A stretch of 64,000 nucleotides of DNA from assembly GCA_040954595.2 (NCBI GenBank), contig CM082584.2, forward strand, positions 6,653,919 to 6,717,918, read 5' to 3'. The notes under the pieces are model-generated. The model was given only the letters and a program-made list of their open reading frames with translations, did not search any database and had not been told where the DNA came from. Shown here one piece after another: positions 40,078 through 51,378 of this stretch; the stretch's first letter is position 1; each line of letters starts with the position of its first letter. Source of the stretch: Balanoglossus misakiensis (Eukaryota > Animalia > Hemichordata). The translations under genes and the position numbers were made by a program.

Positions 40078-42542
40078 TCACGTGACTGTTAAGTGGCTTT
40101 CAGACCTTGTCGGTTCGTTGACGAGGTCCTGATAGCGCGGTTCCAATACAGTGGTCTGCTTGCTGTGTGGGGGGAAGCAGAATGGAATCATGGGATAGTC
40201 TATTTAATCGCTGTAATGTTCTCGCATGTCTCGTAGATGCGCGGTACGGCGGCGAAGGACCGGTCCACCTGTACGACTACACACAAGGCAAGGCAAGGGC
40301 GAGGCATATGAGCTGGGACTAAAACTGCCGATGATAATAGGGATGAAACAAAAAAAAACAAATCATCTACTATGTGCATCACTTTGACATGTGTACAAAG
40401 TTCTTGCCGTCAACCAATTTGACCAAGCCCGGTCGAGAATTCGAACTGGTCTTATCCGTTCGATTATTGTGGCTGTCATGTATCAGCGTGTCTTACTCCA
40501 CAGTCGAACACCCCCGGTCCTATATTCTACCGTAGGTGGCGCACCTGTTAGATTTTGTAAACTTTTCCATGCTGGAAAAACGGACTAAAAAGGAATAAGG
40601 GAAACAGAAACGCAATATTTCTACTCACAGTCTTTTCCACACATACAGATATCCGAAGAGTACAACGACAAGCAGCAGGACAGAGTTGATAACCATCATG
40701 ACCAACAGCACTTGGGTTATGGTGTCAGCTGCAGGAAATGAAATGAGAAGGCAGTCAGAATAAATTCACGTGATCAAACGTTTTAATAATATTTCTCGAT
40801 GTCTCGCGACTCGGAAACTGTAGTACATATGCCATGGTAGGGCTGGGACCTCCCCAGGGATACACTGTGATTAATAATTATACTAGTCTAATATCCACAC
40901 GCACGAGTCTGGATACTAGACTACTATTATACCGACCATATCTCATTACACGTCTGCCTACCGTCGTGATGGGTCGATCTGGCACCACTGATCTGGCACC
41001 TAAAATACTTTTACACCGGATATACATTTGCATAGAGAAAGAACATACGATATGTGTTTTCAAACAAATACGCACCAGGCTGTACCATTCCCGACGTGCT
41101 CCCTGACTGACTGTGTTGAAATTCTGCAGGGGCTGGGATGTTGGTCTGTTCGTTTCCTCCACTGAGCTGCAAGAGTTGCTTGCAGGCCAACATCATGGTC
41201 TGTTGGTCGTCGTTGTTCTGTATCCAGGGGTCGTCTCCAGATGTATCGTTGCTTCTTCCGTTCGCCACAGTTGAGGGCGTCCCAACGTCTGCTGATATAT
41301 GCATGTAGATGGAACATGAGCACGATGAACGCAATAATGTGATCTGCGGCCCAGAAATCGGAATATGATGAAACATTTGTCAAAATGGCGTCCACCAAGC
41401 CACAGACACCACTGACTCACCTGTGAGATCGCAAATATAACCAAACTGGGCACAGCAAGGGGAATCGTTGTACCTAAAGTCAACCGCCATCCTGCAAACT
41501 TACAACAAATAGCATGAGGAAAATTTCGAAAATTGAAATTGTATAATTCCTATCAACTAGTCAGCATCATTATTCTGATGCATTATGATGGAAGGGATTT
41601 TGTGCACTGCCGTTTCATATCCTGGAGGGTTCTGGAAGATTGAGACACACTGGCACGAATCATTTCGACGGCAATTTCCGGAGAAATTGGTGTTTTCGAG
41701 CTAGTGTATTGGTCACATGACTTGTATATAGGCTAATGTATCAGACCACAGTAGTATTACAGACTGAAAAGTCGTGTTTTGTTTAGTTTTGGTCAGATTG
41801 GATTACATTTGATTTGCATTACCGTAACATTGCGCAGTCCTCGTTCCCGCCGCATCTCGCGTTTCCGCCCACGTTGTTCGGCTCGCCTTGGTCCCAGTAG
41901 AAGAACGTCACCGGCTCTCCGTCGAAGGTTTCCCAGTGTCCCTCCGTGCCCACGTCGTGGGCGTTGATCCAGAAACTGAGGTGCGTCAACCCCCGCACCT
42001 TAATCAGATCGACCAGCGCGTGATAGGTGTCGTTGTCCCGGATTTTGGCCAGTTCGCCGCCTCTCTCCTGGCACACTGCGACTGCGCCGCGCCAAGACTC
42101 GCACCCCGGGTAGATGCCAAATCTGTCCTCTACGCTTACTGCAAGACATAGGTTGTGAAAGTTGGATCCCGATAACCATGTTATTGCAAAGTCGCGACGG
42201 AACGCTTCAAGCGCCGACATAGTCTCCGCTTTTGTCCCTTTTTTCATATCAAGAATACATGACACACTTGCATAAAGTCACTCACTGTCACGGTGCAATA
42301 TAATGCCAGTGCATAACCCCAAAAATGAGTTGGAAATTATCAGCCCTGTAACAGTATCGTAAACCGTGCACCAGAGACAAAGTCTGGTTTCACTAAATAC
42401 ACGCCTATCAAAGAAGACTTGCCTTCAAAAGGCGTGACTCGGTCGTATACTTACTTGCTAATCCTACAGAGGCAAGCATCAGGACAACGATAAGGATTTG
42501 CTTCCATCGTGGTATAGTTGAACTCACTCGTGGCTTTGCCAT
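40078..42542 (-). CDS. Type-I transmembrane C-type lectin receptor B: one CTLD (EPN), stalk, TM, YxxL tail; ~290 aa
   Basis: Exons 42455-42542 (signal MAKPRVSSTIPRWKQILIVVLMLASVGLA), 41823-42138, 41421-41491, 41076-41288, 40629-40728 (TM), 40078-40162 (KQTTVLEPRYQDLVNEPTRSESHLTVT*); 873 nt in frame. CTLD ..FWINAHDVGTEGHWE..WDQGEPNN..EDCAMLR..YNDSPCCAQFGYICD. Confidence 0.88.
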
Positions 42543-43428
42543 GTTGACTGATCCGATCGCGCGAATTTCGCTGTCTTTTATCACATCCGTTCGAAAGCTA
42601 AATTAATCAACTCGAAGGGGTCGGTGTAAATTATCTACTTGAAGGGTTCTATATCGAGTTTCCTTTCGCTTAAATATGATATTTATTTTCCTGTTTCACT
42701 GTGTCGCGTCGACTTTCTAATATTTTAGTAATATTTACATACTTAACGAATTGGGATGTGAGAAAACAGTTAGGCGCACATCATTTACCCACACACACGC
42801 ATGTTGTAAGGAGTTATGATTTGGAGATGGCTTGATGAGCCAACGATCGTAAAATAACCATCCTTTTATAAGTTGAATTTAATATAATAAAACAAACATA
42901 CGACCAGATGGCAGATACAGAATATGAGCGTTTAAATGGTCTGTTTGTGGTCGCTCAAATATTGTTAAACTGGCGTACGTGTGGTATTTACATTAAGAGG
43001 TCCATGTCGCGCGCTTGCGTGACCTGATACACGCGAAAATAAAAATAAAAACCACACAACAAAGACTGCAAAGGCCTGTTCTTGTTTCATTATACATGTA
43101 CATGTGTATGTATTCATTTGTATAAAATGTCTATGAAAAGTCGGAGGAATAAGTGGAGATTGGTACATGTGTCTATGAACTCCACTTACACCGTGTGTCT
43201 ATTAAAACAGTGGGTCACAAGGTTACCTGCTATGTACAGGTGACGAGTTATTACCGCATATACACGCACCAAAGTAGCTTTGCTGTGTTTTATGAAAATA
43301 ATACATTGGCAATGAGAATATGAATTGTCAGTTTTAAGAGGGTTGGCCTGAAAAATGAACTCTTTTCCGCGTCATTTTCAAATTTGCGCAACTCTGCATC
43401 GCCAGTTTAGCGGATCCGTTGGGTGAAA

Positions 43429-46400
43429 TCACGTAATCTGTACATGACTATCAGATCTGGTCTGTTCGTTGACGAGGTCCCGATAACGAGGTTCCGAGAC
43501 TATGGCCTGCTTCCTATTGGACAAACAAGAAGGAAATCTAACCTAAATCTCTAGTGGGACCATCTACTTAGCAATTCTAATGAGCAGATTTGATTTTGAG
43601 TTGTGCGGTGCAGCTGTGTCTATTAATGCCGTGTTTTACTCGACTCTGCTCTGGTCACGTGACCTGTAGAGGGATACGTTTGCGGCGGCGCTCTTGAATG
43701 GGGTCCAAAGCAGCGAGCAATCTCATCGGTGAAAATGTACACGCTCACCTATGCAAATTTAGCCATATTTCACATGTGGCCCCAATCATAGGTATTTCAT
43801 GTGTTGGACTATTACATAACATGCACTTTAAAAAAATAGGCACGAATAGCACACTCATCGACAATAGTACAATATCTTTCGTCTTGCCGTGATTGAGTTG
43901 ACGGCACAATCAGCGGTAGCGTTTCCACCACGCCCCCTCCCCCTCCGCCCCCTCGAAGTAAGTTTAGCAGACATGTAACATGGCTACTTACAGCTTCCTC
44001 CACACTTGCAGATATCCGATGATGATGGTGGCAAGCAACAAGACAACGTTGAGAACAGTCAGAACCAATAGTATTTGGGTAGCTGTGTCGGCTGTACAAA
44101 CAAACAGGAGAAAAAGATTATGTGGCAACAAAAATGATATGGGAATATGAAGTCAACACAAGTTTGTTTCAAGAAGCAAAAAGGGACACATACGCTACAG
44201 TGTATGAAGTCGATCTCTGACCTAAGAACTTCTGTAAGATAGGACTTTCAAAATTTTTCAAAATCAAGGACACGTTTTGCAAGTTTCCCTTGTGGATATG
44301 TGAATTTTCCAAGCGTTTCCCGGATTTTCTTAGATGCCTCAAGAGGGGTTTAGGACGCAGCTCTATTTGTGAGTTTGTGTTGTGTATTGGGTGAAGGGTA
44401 ACACGTTATACATACTTGCACCACTCTTTCCTGACGTGTCCACTGGTTGGCCGTATCTTGCGGCAGTGGGGCCGTTTGCCTGTTGACTTCCTCCACTGAT
44501 CTGCAAGATTTGCTTACACGCCGATATGATGACCTGTTGTTCTCTTCTTGGTGTTGATTGGGCGCCACGGTCCTGGGTGTCGTTGCTCCAGCTGGCCATT
44601 TTGGCGCTGGCGACGATTTCAGTTGCCTCGGTCGGCAGAACAGTTGAAGCCGTGTCGTCTGCTGGCAGATTCAAGTAAACGCCGTTCAGTTATTGGGCAT
44701 GCAGGTGGGCTCACTCTCGCGCCTCCAATGAAACGACCCCTCTCGCAAATAAACGATTTTCCATTCGGTGAGTGGAAGTAAACTACATGTATTAGTATAT
44801 CAACCACTTGCGTCTTCAGATGAAAAGTCTTGCAGGTGGTACATGTATTACGAAATACCAGTCGCTCGAACATCGTCACTCACGCTTTCGCGTCAAAACA
44901 AAAGTGAATAGGCCTAATCTCACACTCTGAAGGACCACGGATAAGATTTCTCCCATTTTTTTTTTCGATATTGTTTGGGAATATCTTACGTTCTATTTAT
45001 TTACACTAACTCCATGATGTTTACTTACCCATAAAATCACAAATATAGCCTTTTTGGGCACAGCACATATCGTCGTCATACATGAAGTTCCTGTCTTTCC
45101 TGCACATTCGAGAAAACAAGCGCAACAAAAAGTGACGGGGGGGGGGGTCGTGAATGTCTGGATTTCAGACTGTTGTGCGGGCCACAGTCCCTCAGTGCTA
45201 GAGAGACTGTGGTTCCCAGGTTCAAAAATACAAGACGGGGCTGGCGCTGTTCGTTACCGTGTGACACAATAACTTTGCAGGTTGTAGAGGGTAAAAAGAA
45301 TAGGGTCAAGGGAACCATGAACACGGGAAAGTGGGCGAAGTCAGTAAAAAGTGAATTCTAATCTGTCGAAATTCTTATGGACGTATGAATTTACGTCGTG
45401 TAGACCACTGCTGGGTTTTATGAGGGCAAAGGGGTCTGCACTGACAGTGGCTGTAACCTTTTATAGTCTAGTTTGTGTCTGTTCGATGTATCGAAACGTA
45501 ATTTTGTAGTGGCATTTGCTGAACTCTTGCCGTGAAAAGGCTGAGGGGTTTATGACGATGCGTTTTATGATACCAGGGTAGATATTAAGGTAGAATGCGC
45601 CTTGAAAATCAAAGTTTCAAACTTTCTGTCATATTCGACGATAAGCAACTTTAGGGCATTCTCTCGTAAAATCGGGAATAAAAATTAGGGGTCACTGTAC
45701 AAAATTCTCAATGACAGAGCAAAATTGCCCAAAATTGTCTCAAATTTAAAAGTCAAAATGGCCGCCAATCTCTGTGTTAACAAATGTATAACTATATGGA
45801 GGAAACTTGATTCAAAGTACTGATTTTAATGAAAACAAGACGGTGAACAGTTTTATTCTTTGTTTTCAAGAGGACTCCCCCACACACTTTAATATAGCAA
45901 AGAACTGGAAGGTTTGGGGGACTTTCTGAAAATCTGTCCCCGGGGCGTGTACTACTTTAAAGGGACAAAGTCTCTCTCTCACTACCCTTTTCCCATTAAT
46001 TATGTTTGATACAAGACACCGTTTATGTTATTCTACATGTGGATATATAGTGAATCAATGATCAACCACACACACCTTCAAGCCGGCTTGTAGACACGAG
46101 AGTGAAAAAACTCGCCAAAATGAATAATCAGTGTTTACCATTTATTCACTTTAGCGAGATTTTGACTCTCAAATCCTACAGATGGGATGGAATTAATGTG
46201 TTGTCGAACATTGATTCACTTTATATCCACATGTAGAATAATATATAAACAGTGTCTTGCATCAAACATAAATATGGAAAAAAGGCAGCGTGAGAGAGAC
46301 TTTGTCCCTTTAACAGAGGTGTTAATTACCATAGATGTGCACAATCCTGGTTACCCCCGCACCGTGTGCTTCTTCCCGCGTTGTTCGGCTCTCCAGCGGC

Positions 46401-47133
46401 CCAGTTGAAAAAGGTGACGGGCTCTCCGTCGAAGGTCTCCCAGTGCCCCTCGGTTCCCACGTCGTGGGCGTTGAACCAGAAACTGACGTGCACAAGCCCG
46501 TGCTCTCGGATGAGATTGGTCAGCGTGTCGTAGGTGGTGTTGTCCGGGATTTTGGCCAGTTGCCCGCCTTTCTCTCGGCACATGGCGATCGCTCCGTGCC
46601 ATGTCTCGCACCTCGGGTAGAGTCCGTATCTCTCCTCCGGCGTGGCTGCGAAAATAAAACGGGGGAAAAGTTGCAAAGTAGAAATGCAAACGCGGGTATG
46701 GCATCAATCGACCGAGAGAAATGACTTTTCAGAGAGTAAAGTGGTTGTCTAGATTTGTCAAGAGCCTACCAAAAGACAGTATGCCCCGCGAAATCTAGAA
46801 TGTGTCGGGAATCATAGTATCGCGGCTTGAAATAAGCTGTCGCATTTTCTCAAGTATATGAAGACGAACGTTAGCTGAACGGCTGGGTATCCCAATGACA
46901 AGTTTTGCAGAGATGCGCCAGATGCAATCTGGGTGGCTAGTACCACTTCTAAGCCGCGAACGAACCACACCTCTTTGAGAAGCTATCTTTTATGGCGACT
47001 TACAGAGGAGACAACATCATAGAGACTTACTTGCGAGCCCGAATGAGGCAAGCAGTTGTACCATCAAAAGCGACTTCCAACACAGATACATGGAACTCCT
47101 CCGTGTCCTTTCCGCGCAGACTGGGAATGTCAT
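43429..47133 (-). CDS. Type-I transmembrane C-type lectin receptor C (tandem paralogue of B); ~305 aa
   Basis: Exons 47031-47133 (an alternative ATG lies at 47091), 46330-46645, 45029-45099, 44416-44658, 43992-44091 (TM), 43429-43513 (KQAIVSEPRYRDLVNEQTRSDSHVQIT*); 918 nt in frame. Exon sizes 316/71/100/85 are identical to gene B. CTLD ..FWFNAHDVGTEGHWE..WAAGEPNN..QDCAHLW..YDDDMCCAQKGYICD. Confidence 0.88.
45589..45956. mobile_element. TTAA-flanked non-autonomous DNA transposon (Kolobok-like) in lectin C intron 2
   Basis: TTAA-GGTAGAATGCGCC...GGCGTGTACTACT-TTAA: imperfect TIRs, TTAA TSD, purine-purine 5' end. Confidence 0.65.
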
Positions 47134-50100
47134 TTTTTCTCGCCTTCAGTTCGTTGTCCGTTTGAACGCGACAATCAATCTTTCGGGGGGTAAGGTCACT
47201 ATAAATTTTCCACTTCGAGGTCACGATTTATCTCGGGTTTCCGCTTCGTTGCAAATTCAGATTTATTTCGGGCCTTCCTTCCTGATCTAGCAAGCTGGTG
47301 AACATTTTGCATAATGAATAGCAAAAAAAAAATAACCCAAACCCGACCAACAGTAAGTAAACAGCGCAAGGCATAAGGACTTGCACCCAGTGAACATACA
47401 AACCGAGCGCATAGGCCACTACTATCTGTGACTTCAGGCTAGTTTTTCAGTATCGACTTTTATGTAGTTGAGCGACATGTATTTATCAATATTTTCGTTG
47501 TCACCCGCGCCCTTGAGGTCACTCGCGTCGTAAACGGCGGCAGAGTCTGGTTTCTTCGTGCGTGATCTGTCGCTGTCCACGGCTGGGAGAGAGCTGCTCG
47601 GCAGTACAGCGCCACCAGAGTCGGACAATCGATTTCAGTGGTGGATACAAGCTGGTATATTAAATTGGATACGCACATGTAATTATTGTAATACGTAACT
47701 GTAGAGGGCGTTAATTTTGAACCGCTGCTGGTACGGAACTTCTATCTCATCCGTCTGCCCTGTCGCGGGGGAGGATGAACGAACGGCTGCATATCACATC
47801 ATGCACTATATAGCAGGTCACCGTAACCTGCGAGCGATCTGTGTCACACAGGAGTTACATGTACTTTCACGTGCGATGCGACACCAGTGCCATTCTGCGC
47901 ATCGAGTGAAAGTACAGCAGAACAATAAACATGAATTTTCTTCAAGGACCAACAAAAATACTAAACGTTTTCCCTGTGAAAAAGACAAGCTGGTTAGGCC
48001 TAATACTGACATGCGCAAACGCAACAATCGCGTCTGATGATGAATGTGCTAATAACAGTAGTAAGCGGTCATCATCTGCACTGTCCCGCTTAATTGGTCT
48101 ATGCGCTCCCTCAATCTCGTAAATTTTTGATGGGGTTAAGTGAATATGTCAAAAGTAATGAAATATATAGTTTCGTTTATTTTAATTCAGGCCTCGTTCC
48201 ATCGTACATTTCAACTGAACTAAAATATATGGCATATTGTTAGGCGTTCCTTTACTTGCGCGGTCGCAAATACAAGCTAAGTTCGAAGCAATAAATCTAT
48301 ATGTATATTTCATAAGTAAACTTGATTGAGAAATGCATAATCATATCGTTACTGTTGGCACTCAAATGTACTGAAAAAGAAAAGCGAACTAGCAGAGAAA
48401 GAACGGTTTTTAAAGACAAAACGCTACAAATCCCACCAATCCAAATACACTGGCACAGCACGCCCGCGGTTTACTGCGCTACGCACTCGAAAACGCGCTT
48501 GTTTACATTCGATTAAATGGAGGGGGGGGGGTCAACAAACACGTTGAATATGTAGCACAAACTCGAATGCCTAAACTTATGTGCTTTGCTTAAATGCCGA
48601 ACGGCGGGAAAATGCGCTAACCATGGCAACGGGGGAACTAATATTACGGTACAATGTTTAGAGGTTAAACTGAACAGTGCGAAATCCCCTGCGAAAAAAA
48701 ATAAGACTCGAACAATGCAAACGCGCACAGCTTCCGAAAACACGTGAACTGCAGAGTCGCCGCGCGACTCGACGAACTTCAATGGGCGTATTTAGGTCGA
48801 CAGCGAACATAAAATGGACGGTGCTGTTACAAAATTAAACGCGTCTCGGTACAGTAGGGACGTGCCGATTACAGCCCTTCTACGTATCGGATGATGACCC
48901 TTTACAGCGCGGGAAATTAGTCTGTTGTCATGGTTACGCGCATCGTCGCGTTTCAGATCTGCTGAACAATTCCAAGATTACTGACGCGCACCATAAATGA
49001 CAACCCAGAGGTATTATCTTTTTTTATTGAAATATCATGTTTCGTCGATATGTTACTCTTCAACCCTGCTATTAGTCCATTTCGAAATTAAACTCTATTT
49101 TACCCCCAAAATACAGTCTGTTTTTACTTTTCGAACCAGGATTGTTTTAGTAGCGTTCATTGTGTACAGATGAAAGCAAATGCCTCATTTTGCCAGTATA
49201 TTAACTTTCTACTCGAGCACGCGCATTGCTCACATATTGGTATATTGACTATGTAAAATATCAAGTACTGCATGGTATAACGGTAGTTTAACGAGAGTTC
49301 CCTGAATTATATTCATATTTCAAAACACGTCACATCACAACGCGACAAAACGATAGAATGCAGTACTGCTGGAGCCAATCAGATTAAAATCAGATGTAGG
49401 GAACGGCGAGGTGTTTTTTTACAGCATAAAAAACACGTCGCCGTTCCCTACATCTGATTTTAATCAGATTGGGCTGGAGCGTGCATGCGCAGCGCCTCCA
49501 TTGATTTCGGCTGTTTTGTGGCAGCCGCTGACGTGAACGGATTCTGTGTAAACGTGCAGAAACGCGACTTGAACTACTTGTCACACGACCCCAGTTTAGG
49601 ACGATGGACCTCCAAGGCGTGCGCGTAAACACGCAGTTGACGGCGGTATCCTATTGATAGAAGAGTGTAAAGGGGGGTTCCCCAATAAATCTATAATGCT
49701 TTATTTGGAGAATGGCCGCGGCCCGTCTGGCCTCCATGCGCGTAAAATACTGAGACGCGACAAATTGAACGCGAAGAGGGCGGCCGTCTGGCCGCGAGCG
49801 CATGCGTGCTGCAATCGTCGTGATTAATAAATGAAAACTGTTCAACCTAAATGCGATCCATTTGGCATGAGGTACCTTCCAACGCGTAGCAGATCTAAAC
49901 GGAAGCCTAAATTGAGCGCTGAGGCCAGAAATTTTCAGGGAGGTTAAATATGCGGCAGTTGGGCTTTGCGGCACTTTTCTTCGGGCGTCATGGCAACGCG
50001 TTGGCCTATATCCACAGAAGCGACAGTCTATAGTCACTGATCAGACACGGTGCTATTTTTTACTCACTATCGTTGTCACGGGTGTCCAAAATTACAGTCA

Positions 50101-51249
50101 CTATATGATTCGGGTAACATCTGACCATTCTAGCGAGGCTAATTGTACATGATACAAATTTATTATTTCCGGGGCCAGAGTCGGACGGAGGCGGGTTGAA
50201 CAAAACCGCATAATGGCCGCAGCGAGTGTTCTGACGTGACTCGTTTTGTGTTTCATGTTCTTAAAATACCAGTGAGAATTGCGATAAGCATTTCATCATA
50301 AATCCTACCATTAATGCTATTATTAACCTTAATTTCACGAGCGCGCAACTGCTTCCAATTGTTAAAACCGTTTTATGTAAATCACACCGCATTAATTTTC
50401 AAGGGTAATTATGCAAGGCCCTAGACCCACTAACCACCGCAGTATTCGGATACTCTGAGGGTCGGCTAGCCAAGTCATTGCATTTCATGATTCTTCGTCA
50501 CGAACAACTTTGTACAGAACAGTGGTCTGCTAACTTGCATGTTTCATAATCCCCGAATAAATCAATACAATCTTTTCTACTAAGGCCTGGTCAAACCATT
50601 CTTTATGTATTGTTGTTTTGCATTGTATTAAATTTCTTGTAAGTAAAACGCCACCAGCTTGCAAAGACGTGTCTTTTGCTATTTTAAACTAAGGGGGCAT
50701 GCGCAGTTGACACTTCGTTTCCCCTTTGTTTCCCAATAAACAGTTCCGTGCACAGACTAAAGGTATATTGTTTTATATCTATAGAAATGCCCAAGTCAAC
50801 AAATATGGGTGAAATGAAAGTGAGACTAACGCTATGGTCGTCTAGGCGATAGCGCGCACCAATGAACGAACAGCATCATGATTACGTCACGGTTAAAAAG
50901 TACCCGCTGCGTAACCTGGCAACTGATGGTAATGGATTTAGTTTTTATAAACGGTAGCACATGTGAACATAAAATATGTGCGGATCTAGGAATTGCCATG
51001 ACTATCATTTACATATCTTTGCTGGCGATTGAACAGTTCTGAGTACGTGAACGCTTCGAGTTTTCGAAACCACGACCTTTACATTTATTATTCTCTCATA
51101 CCCCGTGTTTGATCCGAATTTCTTTGATTTATTTTCCTCGAGTTGGCAAAAGACTCAGTTTTGATATTTCCTCAGAAATAGTAAAAGACAAAACAAGCCC
51201 TCACCCATTGCAAATGCCACGTCGCTAGGCCTGAATAGGTGATATGAGA

Positions 51250-51250
51250 T

Positions 51251-51312
<62 letters not shown>

Positions 51313-51378
51313 GGTGGAGGCGGTGGTGATGATAATGATGGTCTTGATGATGATCAATCATTCTATCTATCTATCTAT
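51250..51378. repeat. (CAT)n microsatellite followed by (GAT)-like and (TCTA)n tracts
   Basis: Direct reading; explains the poly-D and poly-M ORFs. Confidence 0.95.

Noticed and set aside
39607-47712. CTCF-like AGAGGGCG/GGTGGCGC words near lectin gene boundaries (~39610, ~40533, ~47608, ~47702)
   Set aside because: Only partial matches to the core motif; not supportable without a PWM scan or ChIP.
51155-51361. Poly-D and poly-M ORFs
   Set aside because: Translations of the (CAT)n microsatellite.
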